A stretch of 64,000 bases of DNA, taken from Azolla caroliniana (Eukaryota; Plantae; Polypodiophyta). The stretch's first letter is position 1, and each line of letters starts with the position of its first letter. The stretch spans positions 6,138,001 to 6,202,000 of the forward strand of contig JBHGNT010000011.1 in the NCBI GenBank assembly GCA_043228905.1. The letters are read 5' to 3'. The position numbers and the translations under genes were made by a program. Below the pieces are notes generated by a model. The model did not search any database and was not told the origin of the DNA. It saw only the letters and a program-made list of their open reading frames with translations. Shown piece after piece: positions 1 to 12,686 of this stretch.

Positions 1-642
1 CAAGGCAACAACCTCGTGCACTCAGATCTTCGCCACAGGCGGCGGTTACAACAGAGGCAACGACCTCGTCTCTCTCTCTCTCACTCTGTACAGTTACGCG
101 CTCTTCGTTATCTTCTTGCACCAACAAGGAAGAATCACAACAACAAAAAAAACGACGACAACAACTAAAAGTTTGCCCTAAGTCATATTTATACTAATAT
201 GACTTTTCGGCTATTTACAAATGTAGCCTCGATGGGCTCTCAGAAACATATTTACAAATATGTCTCTTCCTCCGGTTCATACCGGGCCTGCACCATCCGT
301 CTCTCCGTAGTCGGGTACTCCCCATCCGGTTCATACCGGATCTACACCATCCGGCTCTCCGCAGTCGGGTACTCCCCATCCGGTTCATACCGGGTCTACA
401 CCATCCGGCTCTCCGCAGTCGGGTACTCCCCATCCGGTTCATACCGGGTCTACACCATTCGGCTCTCCGCAGTCGGGTACTCCCCATCCGGTTCATACCG
501 GGTCTACACCATCCGGCTCTCCGCAGTCGGGTACTCCCCATCCGGTTCATAACGTTTCGGCCTCGGCCTGTCAGCCTCGGCCGAGTTTGTTCGTCGACAC
601 TGTTCTTCTCCCTTCCCATCCGGATGGACCTGTCTCCCAACA
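1..642 (-). mobile_element. Copia family-A LTR (partial, runs off window), inserted into another LTR
   Basis: 601-642 is the reverse complement of TGTTGGGAGACAGGTCC.TCCGGATGGGAAGGGAGAAGAACA, the start of the LTRs at 55898 and 60936; the latter is followed by PBS-Met and Copia gag. Confidence 0.9.
271..550 (-). repeat. 54-bp tandem repeat (~5 units) in LTR U3
   Basis: TCCGGTTCAT recurs at 271, 325, 379, 433, 487 and 541. This explains the 18-aa periodic spurious ORF 199..552. Confidence 0.9.
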
Positions 643-853
643 ACACAGTAGAAATGGAGAAATGGAAGTAGGTACACAGATAGAAGAGAATGCACAGGAT
701 GTTAACGTGGGAAACCCTAAAACGGGAAAAAACCACGAGAGTTCCCAAACTCCAACTATCACTATGTAGAGAGGAATACAACAAATGAACACAGAGGCCA
801 TGACCTCTTGCTCTCAATCTTCGCCTAGTGGCGGTTACAATAGAGACACACAT

Positions 854-888
<35 letters not shown>

Positions 889-1158
889 GGTTCTTCTACG
901 CTTTGTACAGTAGTTACACCAATAACTCTATACAAAATAATAACTACACAATGATCCTGTTTGCCCTAGGTCATATTTATACTAATATGACTTTTGGGCT
1001 ATTTACAAATATAGCCCTTGTGGGCTCTTTGGAACATATTTACATACATGTCCCTTCATCCGGTGAGAGGTTCTCATCGGGCCTACAACATCCGGTTCTC
1101 ACTGGGCCTTCCGTTGCCGGGTACTCATATCCCATCGGGAGGGACCGAAATCCTAACA
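643..1158 (-). mobile_element. Copia LTR of a related family, interrupted at 642 and itself inserted into a Copia integrase
   Basis: Minus strand starts TGTTAGGATTTCGGTCCCTCCCGATGGGAT, similar to the LTR at 2609. Shares TTGTAAATAGCC, CTAGGGCAAAC and GGGTTTCCCACGT motifs with other Copia LTRs here. Confidence 0.8.
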
Positions 1159-2600
1159 TTCAGTTACCAGGTGTGGGATCTGGTTGACAAGAAGGTTTTC
1201 CGGAGTCGCGACATAGGCTTCATGGAAGACATGACCATTGCCGACTGGGAGTCGGAGAAGAAGGTGATGAACTTTGGATCATTCAATGAAAACCGGCTCG
1301 AAGACACAAGAACTTACCCGGTTGAAAACCAGACGCTAGCCGGTAACCGGATGACACTCGACGAACCGGCCGGATACAGACAAGAAACCGAACCGACCGA
1401 AGAAAAAGAAGAAGAAGAAGAAGAAGAAGAAGACATTGGAACCAGACAACATCCCGAATCAGATTCGGATGAGGAACAAACAGAGGAACCGGCAGTCAGA
1501 AACCAGGGAAGGAAGTTCGACTCCTTCATGACCGACCAAGGGTACCACAAGATGCAGGCCGATCACTGTGTGTTTGTGAAGAAATTTGATGGAGGAGATT
1601 TCCTTATACTCATCTTGTATGCGGATGACATGTTGCTCATCGGACGAGACCAAGGCACAATTTGGATGCGGAAAAAGGCTCTGAATCGGACATTCTCAAT
1701 GAAAGACTTGGGGCCGGCAAGACAAATATTGGGAATGCACATCATCCGGGACCAGTTGAAGAAGCTGTTGTGGCTGTCACATGAGAATTATGTGACAAAG
1801 GTGATTCAACGGTTCAACATGTCAGAGACAAAACCGGTCGGATCGACACTTCCGTCAAACTGCAAGCTATCCGGAAAACAAAGCCAGAGGACAAAGGCGG
1901 AGAAGACGAATATGATGAAGATACCTATGCCTCTGCCGTCGGGAGCTTGACGTATGCGATGGTATGTACCCGGCCAGATATCAGATATGCAGTCGGAGTG
2001 GTGAGTCGGCTCATGAGCAATACCGACAAAGGGCATTGGAACGCGGTCAAGTTGATACTCCGATACTTGAAAGGCACCTCGAGTATGTGCCTCCGGTTTG
2101 GCTCCGATAATCCCCAACTTGATGGATTCACGGATTCGGATATATTGGCTTATGCGGATACCAGCCGGTGTACATCCGGATATGTCATGACTTATGCAGG
2201 GGGAGTTGTTTCATGGCAGTCTAGGCTGCAGAAGGTGGTTGCATTGTTAACCATGGAGGCGGGCGGAGTACATGGCAATTGTAGAAGTCGGCAAGGAGAT
2301 AATCTGAATGAAGGACTTCATAGAAGTGCTAGGGACCCAGCAAGTGGAATACCGGCTCTACTGCGACAGTCAAAGCGCCATCCACCTTGCAAAGAATGCG
2401 GTCTACCATTCTCGGATGAAACATATCCAGCAAAGGTACCATTAGATCCAGGAGAAAGAAGAAGATCAAGAGTTCGTGCTGACGAATATCCACATGGAGT
2501 AGAACGGGTCGGATATGCTAACCAGGGTGTTGACGATCGACAAGCTGGACGCGTGCCGAGAGCGGATCAGGCTGACAAGACATCCCATGCCGGAGTGAAG
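1159..2600 (+). pseudogene. Copia pol remnant (integrase C-terminus, partial RT, RNase H) with internal deletion and frameshifts
   Basis: YQVWDLVDKKVFRSRD, LILYADDMLL, MKDLGPARQILGM, YAMVCTRPDI, GFTDSD, SWQSRLQ. The sequence jumps from the linker (RNQGR) straight to mid-RT (KFDSFM) at ~1510. Confidence 0.9.
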
Positions 2601-2608
2601 GTGGAGAT

Positions 2609-3811
2609 TGCTGGGAAATCGGTCTCTCCGGATGGGATCCGGTCATGAATAAAGAGGACCCGGTGAGAACCGAAAGAGAACCGGTGAGAACCAGAAGAGA
2701 AGACATATCTGTAAATATGTTTTGAGTAAGCCTATTGAGGCTATATTTGTAAATAGCCCTAATTTCATATAAGTATAAATATGACTTAGGGCAATCACTT
2801 AAGGTTGTTATTGTTGTTGTAACTGTTGTACAATGAGAGTGACAGAGAGAGAGAGAGAGAGATACAAAGCGATATTCTGTTGTAACCTCCGCCTGGCGAA
2901 GAAACCGAGCTCGAGGTCGTTGCCTACGAGTCTCTAATTGGACCCCTTTCTTCATAGTGATAGTTCAGAGTTTGTGGGCTCCCATGGTTTTTCCCATTTA
3001 GGGTTTTCCACGTTGTCATGAAGATTTTCGTCCATAGGGGGAAAACCGAGCGGAGTGAGCAAAACTAGGGTGTGCAACGTTGCACACGCACATGATGTAT
3101 TTGTAAAATATTAATAAGAACAAATGTAAATTGTAAGAAATGCTCCACAACATAACTGCACATCCACATGAGAAAGAGAGGGGTACATAGGAGTACGAGG
3201 TGAGTAAGGGGCATAGTAGTATGTGTGAGGAGTGGGAGTTAAGGCCCCATCAATCCCTCCTCCAAGAATCTAAGCAAATATCCCCCATTGAATGAAGGGG
3301 ATATTTAGTCTCTCCTTTTTGTAACGGCTTTCTCTCCCTATGCTATAAAAGGGGAGGAAGGGGCACCATTGAAGGTGTTGCCTATTTTGAGTGAGAGGAG
3401 GTATACCACTTAGGTTGAGGGTTTCTATTTGTTTTAGGGTTTCTTCATTTCTTTCTTTACTTATCCAATTAGGGTTTACATTCTACTTATGTTTTGAGTC
3501 CGGCCCACGCGGCCGCGGTTGTAATCACATTGCGGCTTTCATGCCCATAATATACATAACTTCATAAATCTTGTCTCTTTCTACTTTCTCTACCGTGTTA
3601 ATCTCTTCCACTTTGCTCATACCCGTCTTCCCATCTATTCCCTAGTCCAAGACCCCCGTGGTCCCGCCTTATTCTACACGCACACGTGGAAATACGCGAC
3701 AACGTAAACATCTTGTGTTCACTCTTTAGTTCCCATTTTTGTGTTCTCCATTCTCATAGAAGTGTTCAAGACTCGGTTGTGGCCGAGCAATATTCCGCGT
3801 TTTTCTCAACA
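2609..3811 (+). mobile_element. 3' LTR of that Copia element (interrupted by solo LTR 3014-3701)
   Basis: Purine tract GAAGGTGGAGAT, then TGCTGGGAAATC...CTCAACA. The motif TTTTCCACGTAAACATC is rebuilt when the insert is removed. Confidence 0.85.
3014..3701 (+). mobile_element. Solo LTR related to the Trp-primed Gag-only family, 4-bp TSD ACGT
   Basis: TGTCATGAAGATTTTCG...CCCTAGTCCAAGACCCCCGTGGTCCCGCCTT...ACGCGACA resembles the ends of LTR 9033-9803. ACGT at 3010-3013 and 3702-3705. Confidence 0.85.
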
Positions 3812-4954
3812 GCATAGTGATGCGCCATGTACTCGTTGTATCCAAACTGCACAACAGGGTTCTTCTAGCAAGTAGATCGGCGTAATTGCGCATTAGCCGA
3901 TGTTCAGGCCATTATGGACGACGCGGACTTCACTCTTGAAGGTTTGTCATCGCTCTTCTCGGAGTCGGATTCGCGTCGATCCGACTCGTCCCTATCCGTG
4001 CCGTATTGTGGCATCTTCTTCTTTCCATTTTCTTCGTCCGTAAGCCGCCTCTTCGGCTTCTTGCGCGGGGAATGCACGACCGAGTCCCTACTACTCGACG
4101 ACTCTTCATTTGACTGGTCAAACCGACTAAGTTGCTCATTCGGTCCACTTAGCCAAAATGAGATCGGAGTCTCTTCAAGAGTTCCGATTTCGTGTTCATC
4201 AAGGGGCATCTCAGCCTCACTAATCTCATCTTCAGAACTCGAATTGGAGTTGGGGTCCGGAGTCGGAGGCAAATACCAAGACGCGGACTCATCAAACACA
4301 ACATCGCGACTTACGCAAGCTTGTTTGGTTCAGGGGTTATAACACTTATAGCCCTTCTGTTCGTCCGAGTAGCCGACCAAGATACACTTCTTGGTCGGCT
4401 ACTCGGACGAAGGGTTATAATTGTTAAAACCCCCGAACCAAACAAGCTCGTGTAAGTCGTGATGTTGTGTTTGATGAGTCCGCGTCTTCATATTTGCCTC
4501 TGACTCCAGACCCCAACTCCAATTCAAGTTCTGAAGATGAGGTCAACGAGGCTAAGATGCCCCCTGATGAACGCGAAATCAGAACTCTTGAAGAGACTCT
4601 GATCTCATTTCGGCTAAGTGGACTAAATGAGCGACTAAGTCGGTTAGACCAATCAGATGAAGAGCCGGCGAGTAGTGGAGACTCAGTCATGCATTCCCCG
4701 CGCAAGAAGTCGAAGAGACGGCTTACGCGCAAAGAAAAGGGAAAGAAGAAGATGTCAGAATATGACACAGATAGGGACAAGTCAGATCGACACGAATCCA
4801 ACTCCGAGAAGAGAGATGACAGGCCTTCAAGAGCGAAGTCCGCATCGACCAGAACGGCCTCAACATCGGCTAATGCGCAATTACGCCGATCTACCCGCTA
4901 GAAGAACCCTGTTGTGCGGTTCGGATGCAATGAGTAGATGGCACATCACTATGC
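3812..4954. repeat. ~570-bp-arm inverted duplication (fold-back palindrome) of Copia integrase C-terminus/linker
   Basis: 3812-4382 is the reverse complement of 4389-4954. ORFs 3904..4299(-) and 4467..4901(+) are homologous. Perfect 23-bp central stem with a 6-nt loop TACACT. Confidence 0.9.
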
Positions 4955-6352
4955 GTACATGACACGCGTAGCGGAAGTGCGTGAGCCAAAGAGCTACGCA
5001 GAAGCGGCAAAAGGACGCAAATTGGCGTGTCGCCATGGAGGAAGAGATGAACGCACTTGCGGAGAATAAAACCTAGGACCTGGTTGACGCCCCCAAGGGT
5101 GTAAAGCCGATTGGATGCAGGTGGGTGTACAAGGTCAAGTACAATACCAACGGCTCGCTCAACCGATACAAGGCCCGGTTAGTAGCAAAAGGCGACGTGT
5201 AGCAACACGGCATCGATTACGATGAGAAGTTTGTGCCAGTTGCGAAGATGACGACCATCTGTGTTTTGTTTGCGATAGCTGCGGTGAGGGGGTGACCCTT
5301 ACATCAGATGGATGTAAAGAATGCATTCCTGCAAGGTGAGCTTGAGGAACAAATGTACAAGGTACAGCCCCCCGGATTTCACTCTGGGACGAATACTTCA
5401 GTGGTATGCCGATTGAAGAAGTCCCTTTACGGACTAAGGCAAGCCCCGCATGCCTAGAACACGAAGATCACGCAACAATTGCATCAGATGGGATTTGCGA
5501 CGTCCAAATCAGACTCTTCATTGTTCGTCCGACAAGGTTGACTTGGGCTGGTTAGTATTTTACTTTATGTTGATGACTTGGTCATCACCAGCGTCGACCT
5601 AGATGAAATTGACCGCATTGTCGTAGTGTATTCCACACACTACGTGAAAACCATAAAATAATATATCCGATTTTAGATACGTATAAATAAATAAATAATA
5701 TATCAAAATATTTATCATGTGCATAAGGCAATATTCGAACCCTACACCTCCACATAGCCAAACCTCAACTTTACCATTATGCTACCTTATCTTTAGTGTT
5801 TTACAAATAGATTTAATAAAACACTCCATAAGTGCTTTATTTGCGCCTACCTTTATTAAAAGGTAAATCATGCATTTTTAGAGTTCGTGAATATTTTATA
5901 GAAAAACGCAAGCAACTAAAAAGTGACTCATGCACATCTAGCTTGCATGAGCACTATATTTAGCAAATAAAAGCAAGGATTAGAAAAGCATCACATGCAC
6001 ATTTAGTGTGCATAAACATATTAGAAAAAAGCATGTAGCTATGCTTAGTCTCTCCCATCACTATATAAGGATGGGGAGCACATTGTAGTTTTTGTTGATT
6101 TTTTTTTCTATAATGATCAATCAATCTAAAATATTCGTGGGATTCACGAATTTGCTAAAATAATTCTCTCTTACTACCTAAATATTGACTAAATATACTA
6201 AACTCGTGGGATTCACAAGATTCTTATCTTATAACTCTTTATACCTATTCTTTGTACTAGCCTTATTTGTATTTTTCTTCCTCATAGTCCAAAACCTCGG
6301 CGGTTCCCACCCGACTCACGCAACGATCCGGAGCCGAAAGGCACGACACAGT

Positions 6353-6370
6353 TGGTGAACCCGACGTGAA
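6353..6370 (+). promoter_or_regulatory. Primer-binding site complementary to tRNA-Trp 3' end
   Basis: TGGTGAACCCGACGTGAA is the reverse complement of plant tRNA-Trp ...TTCACGTCGGGTTCACCA (recalled). An identical copy lies at 9808-9825. Confidence 0.85.
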
Positions 6371-6387
6371 AACCGGGTGGCAAGGAG

Positions 6388-8428
6388 ATGGAAAATCAAC
6401 CGGAGGCTAGCAACATGATGATGATGTTCGAGCGCATGCTACAAGAACAACGCGCGATGTCGGAGATAGCGGCATCAGTGGAGCGGCTCGTGCAACGAAA
6501 CGGGCAATTCAACGGGAAAGACTTGTCGCGGTATCTTCGAGACTACAAGGCGGAGATGCTACGGTGCGGAATATCGGAAGGACTGCAAGTGACGTCCTTC
6601 AACCGGGTGGCGACGGATGGGCTTCAAGCAAGCATCCATGGGCTACGACAACAAAATCCGACATGGGAGGCGTTTGAAGAAGAGCTAAAGAGGGCGTACG
6701 CCATCGAGGATTCCTCCAAGGCGACGCGAAGGGGATTCGAAGATTGGGTGGAGACGCCGGACAAGGGATTGAAGGTCGTTGATGTGTTTTCGGCATTCGA
6801 AAGCCGGTTCGGGAGGTTGTCCGTGAGAGATCAAGCTATCCTTGTACCGGACAAGGTGATCATGTTCTTGCAAGCCGTGGACGTCTGGGACTGGAAAGAT
6901 CTCGGAGTGCTCTTGGAGGACACGACCACGGAGAGTGGCCACACCGAAACATGGGAAAGCGTGCGGGATATCGTCGCGCGATACACGAAGAGGGGGCAAT
7001 GGCTTGCCAACGAGGAAAAGAGGGTTTCAGAACTGATTCCGAAACCGAGAACCGGATTGGAAGACCATCAACAAAGGGCTCAGGAGACTACAACCGAGAA
7101 GGGGATTGATGCATCTACGGTGGAGCAACTATTGAAGGATATGGAGAATCTGAAGATCGCGATGGTGAAGAAGTCAGATGACCGCCCCACAAGCTCCAAG
7201 TATACGGACCGACGGTGCATATGGTGCGATAGTGCCGAACACGATCGGAGTGATTGCAACGAGCATAAGGAGGCGCTACGGCGGGATCTCATCTACTACG
7301 AGGGAAACCGGATTCATTCGATGGACTCTCAGAAGCCACTCCGACCGAACTTCCGGAAAGGCGGCATGAAGAAGGTGCTCGAGGAGGAATTGGCAGCAAG
7401 AAGCAACTATGCGACAACCGCGGGAATATGTGTCGGGGAGTCATCGAGAGCAAAGACGTCTTTTTGGTCGGAAGTTCTAGAAAACACCGAGAAAACCGAC
7501 TCCAATGAGATCCGAAGCACCGCGGAAGGCGTCCGGGAAGCTACGGGATGGGAGTGCCCTGTCGACAAGAATAGCATATACGCCCTATGTCAATTGCATA
7601 AGGTGTATGTGGACGAGAAACGACGACGCACGGAGGATGCGGCCGGGCCATCGAAGATACCGGAAAGCTGGAACTCCGGAGGTAAGGGAAAAGAAAAGTC
7701 GACTCCGGCATTCAAGCTCGCCTCGGACATAGAACAACAAACCGACTTGAAAAGAGTGTTCGAGGAAAGAATCTTGGATAGCCGGGTAGATTTCTCGCTT
7801 CGGGACTACTCGGAATAGCAAAGAAGGAGTTCCACGATCTTCTCGTGGATCTCATGAAGCGAAAAAGACAAAGTACGGAGGAAAATGCTCCAAGGGTGAA
7901 TGCGAACACCGTTTAATGAACGACACCGAGGTGGAGGATGAAATTCCGAACTCCCACTATACAAGGCCACATTGGGCACACGCGACTACGGAGACTCCGG
8001 TCCGAATCGGCAACATCAAAGAACCCGTGCTAGCATTGATTGATCACGGATCGAAGGTCAACTTGATGTCCAAGGAGTTCTACCGGAATGGGAAGTGGCC
8101 TATTAACACCAACCATGGATGGAAGATTCGGGCGGCCACCAAAGCAACGGAAGATCTATTTGTGGCTTGTCCGGATGTGACGGTGAATATCGGGGATGTC
8201 GAGATTGACCAAAATTTCTTCGTGCAAGATGAGGTTTCACATTCCGTCATCCTCGGCCAACCCTTTATCACGGCATCACGGATGGAGACGAAGGTGCTCG
8301 ATAGCGGTGCGGCTTTTGCGCGAATTCGGAGCCAAAATGGTGCGAAATCCGTCCAATTCCTAATGGTGCCGGCAAATCACGAAAGGAACAAGAGGGAACT
8401 CTTGTCCCAAGTGAGAATGAATTTTTAA
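6388..8428 (+). pseudogene. Gypsy gag-protease ORF (two 1-bp deletions at ~7806 and ~7915)
   Basis: Zinc knuckle CIWCDSAEHDRSDC; aspartic protease ALIDHGSKVNLM...ILGQPF. The intervening frame reads LLGIAKKEFHDLLVDLMKRK. Confidence 0.85.
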
Positions 8429-9840
8429 AGCAGATTGTTGCGGGGTGGGGAAGTGATAGTCCAAGAAACCCTGATACCCCACACAGGAAGAAAACTCTCG
8501 GAGCAAAACATGTACGAATCGGTTCGGATGGGGCATCTACGTACATGACCGTAACCAGAGGTTTGAAGAAAGGATACCGACAAGTGGAGGATAAGTTGCG
8601 GTCAGCATCAATAATAAAAGAAGATGAAGAAATCATGGGGATAGTCGAAGAAGTGTTCTATGGGAGCACGCTACAACGACTTGAAGAGCTTGCGGAAGAA
8701 AAAAGCCAAGGGAACCGGGGAGTCCCGGTGGAATCGGTCGAGATGTACGAGATCATTGCGAAAATGGAGCCGGATACGCTCCGCAAAGAAGAAGCAATGG
8801 TAAGTACAAAATACAAGACCGTGGAGAAGAAGGTGAAACCGGCCGCGGGACCACTACCCACCGATAGCGAACAAAAGAGGAAAGAAGTCTCGGGAGATCC
8901 GACACTTCGAAAGTCCGTGGACATCGGATATGCCTTCACGGATGAGACCCGGAAGAAACTTCGGATTGGTGGAGGTGGGTTCCTATTAAAAAAAGAAGAA
9001 GAACGGTTTCGCGAGATGTTGGAGCAACACGGTGTCGTGAAGAATTTCGGCCAGAGGCGGAAACCGGGAAACATTGGCTACATCGGCGGGGTGCTGCGTG
9101 TGTACGCACCCGTGTACATTTAGCGTGAATATCGAGGGCGCCTTTATGGCGCCGAAGAGTAGTCAAGTCGGGGACAGACGATCCCATGTAAGTCGGGATT
9201 GTCCCACATTGTAACGCATCCCATTCCTTGTTCTATAAAAGGAAGGGAACGCCCTTTGTGTAGGGGTTGCCCATTTTGCATTAGAGGGTATACCCTTAGG
9301 TTTAGAGTTAGGTTCTTCTTCTTCTTCTTCTCCTTCTTCGTGTTTTGCTTAGGGTTTGCTTTGGTTCGGCCTCCTGTGCAAGACCCCGCTCGGCGCGACG
9401 AGCTAAGAGCTCCCCGACGGCGACTTGACAGCAGACGACTACTGTAACCTACCTCAGTCCGGCTCGACGCCGGGAATGTATTCTTCCCTTTATATGTATA
9501 TATATATATACGTTTGTCTATGTATATTCGCGTCGTTGTTGGCGTCGGGTGCCTACCCTTTCCTGCGTTTTCCGTACATAAGGCGTGAGTCGGGTTGGGC
9601 TGTGTGTGCGTGTGTGTGTGCGTGCGTGCGTGGGTCAGTGTTAAGCACACTCTCTCTCTCTCTCTCACTCCCTTCGGTCGCTTCCGGTGTGCTTCTGGGA
9701 TGCCCCGGAAACAGTGAAGCACGACTTCCTACGCTCCATCGCTCCCTAGTCCAAGACCCCCGTGGTCCCGCCTTTCCCCACGCACGCGCGTAACAACGCG
9801 ACATATTTGGTGAACCCGACGTGAAGGGCGGCAAGGGAGG

Positions 9841-11280
9841 ATGGAGTCGGAAGACGACGACCTTGCGGAGATGGTGGCCGAAGTGGTGTTGGAGTCGGCA
9901 CGAGTGCTGATGAGGCGAGAAGCAGCGCAACAAGCGGTTGAGCGAGTGGTCGAAAGAGTCGGCCGTTTCAACGGGGACAAAGTCCCATCTTACTTGAAAG
10001 CCTTCAACACGGAAATGGAGGGGCGTGGCGTAGACAAGGCGTTGAGGCTGGAATTCTTCTGTCGGCTCGTAGCAGTCCGTATGCATGCGGAAGTAAAGGA
10101 GCTCCGTGAGGCTCATGGTTCGTGGGAGGCCTTCGAAGAGGCGCTCCTGAAGGTATACGGAGGACGGCGGAAGAGCCGGGGACGACACGACTTCGACCAA
10201 TGGGTAGCATCGGCAAAGACCCATTGGGGCGCGATGAAGGCGTTCCGAGATTTCGAGCGACGGCTTGCTCAGCTCCCGGAACGGGAACAAGGTTTGGTGG
10301 GGGCGGACAAAGTCCTTTTGTTCGTCAGGTCGATCGACCGAGCGGAACAGGAAGCCATCGGGATTGAGCTCGAAGACGATGATGGAGTGAATGGGCTTAC
10401 GGAGGACTGGTCGAAGGTCGGAAGGGTGTGCCAACGGCTAGATGATGAGCGAGCCGAGAGGGCTAAGAGGAAGGGACGCGACGGCGTGCCATCACAGCGG
10501 GAAGAGGCCGAACGGCAAAGAGAGTCGGCAAGGGTCGGCGTTGGGGCCAAGATTGCGGAGGCGTACGAAGCTCTCAAAGCGATGCTCGAGGAAGAAGGAA
10601 GATCGAGGCCGGAAGCCAAGACCGAGGAGACGGACTTGCCCCACGCAACGGCGGAAGATCGGTACCACGGTACCACGGGAGAGGGTGCGGAACGAAACGC
10701 CCTCTCGACTTGCGGAGAGAGAACGGCCAAGGACGAGGCCGAGATACAGATCGCGGAACCGGAACGTTGGGACCAGCGGTTTCGGGCGTGTCAGCCCGAG
10801 ATCCCAGTCATTGAAGAAGCAAGCCCAGACGGGGCTTGCGCGATCGGTAAGAAGTTGACCACCGACCACGGAGAGCCGGTGGCTACAAACAAGGGCGTAA
10901 AACGGACGGGCGATTCCTTGTGTCTTCCCACACTTGCTCCCGAGACGATGGCAGTCGAGCCCAAGTGCCCACGTGAGTCCCAAGCGGAGGAAAGCGGCGG
11001 CGAAGGGCCAAGAATCACCGGCGAGACGATACGGGGAAGGAGCGGACGAAAGCCCACGGACCCGATTCCGGAGAACTCGGCATTCGGGCCCGTATGCCCA
11101 TGTAAGACCGAGGAGATGGATGGCGGTACCGAGGAGTCCTGGCACGATGCCAGCGAAGACGGATGGGAAACGGCCTGCGAGAAGGCTAGGGACGGACACG
11201 GCACGATGAGATCGGCATTCCGATACGGAAGGAGCGTAATCCGGTCGTGGATTGTTCGATCGGGGCCGGACTCGGCATAA
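9841..11280 (+). CDS. Gag-like capsid protein of the non-autonomous element
   Basis: VERVVERVGRFNGDKVPSYL, WEAFEEALLKVY, FDQWV and DKVLLFVRSID align with Gag at 6388 (VERLVQRNGQFNGKDLSRYL, WEAFEEELKRAY, FEDWV, DKVIMFLQAVD). No CCHC motif seen. Confidence 0.75.
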   Translation: MESEDDDLAEMVAEVVLESARVLMRREAAQQAVERVVERVGRFNGDKVPSYLKAFNTEMEGRGVDKALRLEFFCRLVAVRMHAEVKELREAHGSWEAFEEALLKVYGGRRKSRGRHDFDQWVASAKTHWGAMKAFRDFERRLAQLPEREQGLVGADKVLLFVRSIDRAEQEAIGIELEDDDGVNGLTEDWSKVGRVCQRLDDERAERAKRKGRDGVPSQREEAERQRESARVGVGAKIAEAYEALKAMLEEEGRSRPEAKTEETDLPHATAEDRYHGTTGEGAERNALSTCGERTAKDEAEIQIAEPERWDQRFRACQPEIPVIEEASPDGACAIGKKLTTDHGEPVATNKGVKRTGDSLCLPTLAPETMAVEPKCPRESQAEESGGEGPRITGETIRGRSGRKPTDPIPENSAFGPVCPCKTEEMDGGTEESWHDASEDGWETACEKARDGHGTMRSAFRYGRSVIRSWIVRSGPDSA

Positions 11281-12686
11281 AGGTGCCGATACGGGAGAGG
11301 GTGTGGGACGAGCCGCCCTCTTTTACATGGGGAGAAAGACCGACCGGGCGAAGGCCGAGACTTGGAAAGAGAATGAAGCCGGTCCTATGGGATTCCTTAC
11401 ACCGATCCGGCTGCAGGCCCGAGTGCCGGCGTGAGTCCTATAAGAGAAGACGGTGGCGACAGGAGAACAGGACTCGGCAATCCGGAGAAGGACGAACGGA
11501 CCCGAACGAGAACCGGGCGGAGTGGACTCCCGGACGACCATTCCGGGAGGGAGGAAGAGAGCAGGCCTACGAAGAAGCCGAGGACACGGTACGTCGGGAC
11601 CACGGGAGAGGGTGCGGAGTAAACCACCCTCTCGGCATGCGGAAAAGGACGACCTGGGACAGGGTCGGGAATACAAATGGGCGGCCTACGGAGGATCCTC
11701 CACAACGGTTCTAGAGACTTCGGCAATCGGCAACGCGGTCGACATAAGACCAAGATACTGACGGTGGCGGCGGGGTGACGAAGGCTATGGGCGTAAGGAA
11801 GTCCGGTCCTACGGGATCCCCACACCAACCAGAGACTCCAGCTGTTCGGCCAACGTGGCAACGTAAGACCGAGGGAGAAGGAAGGTGACAGCGGGAAATG
11901 GGATCCGACTACGCGGAAGACACGAGGAGAGTCCGGGAGGGACTCAAACAAAGACACCCGAGTTTCGGCAAGCATAGAAATGGAGTCCGGTCCTATGGGA
12001 CCCTCACACCGATCCGGAGACTCCGGCTGTTCGGCCAACGTGGCAACGTAAGACCGAGGGAGAAGGACGGTGGCGGCAGGGAACAGGACCCGACGACACA
12101 AGGGAGGTGCCGGGAACGAGGTGACCAAGTGCCTAGTGGACTGCACAAGGTCGGAGTCAGGGAATGGCAAGAGAGGCCGGAGGAGGATCCTCCACACTCG
12201 CTTCGTAGATCTCGGTAGCTCCGTTGAAGTAGCGAAGACTGACACGGCAAGCCCGGGGTGACAAGCTGGTGGGGGCGAGGGGACGACGGCAAGCGGAAGA
12301 CTCAGGACTTATCGTGGCAGCATGAAGACGGGAAGGGCCAAGCGGGCTACTACGGGGTGTTCCTCGGATGCAAAGGACACCAGTATGAGGGTAAATGACA
12401 ATGCACGATCTGGCCAAAAAGGGGGCCGACGAGGCGTGCAATAAACCGGAGTGCGACACGGGCGGTGCCAAACAACGGGCGAGGGAACATGGGACACGGA
12501 GGTGCCGAAGCGGAAAGGCGAGCGCGGAGATAGGTTGACGGTTTGGAGGTAGCGCGGGGAAGGGACCCTCCGCACCGTTCCGGAGACCATGGCGGTTCGA
12601 GCCGACGCGGCGACGTAAGACCATGGAGAAGGAAGGTGGTGGCGAGAGGACGAGGGCAACGCGAAACGACATGGGATGGCAATTAG

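Noticed and set aside
199-853. ORFs with 18-aa repeats
   Set aside because: Products of the 54-bp LTR repeat.
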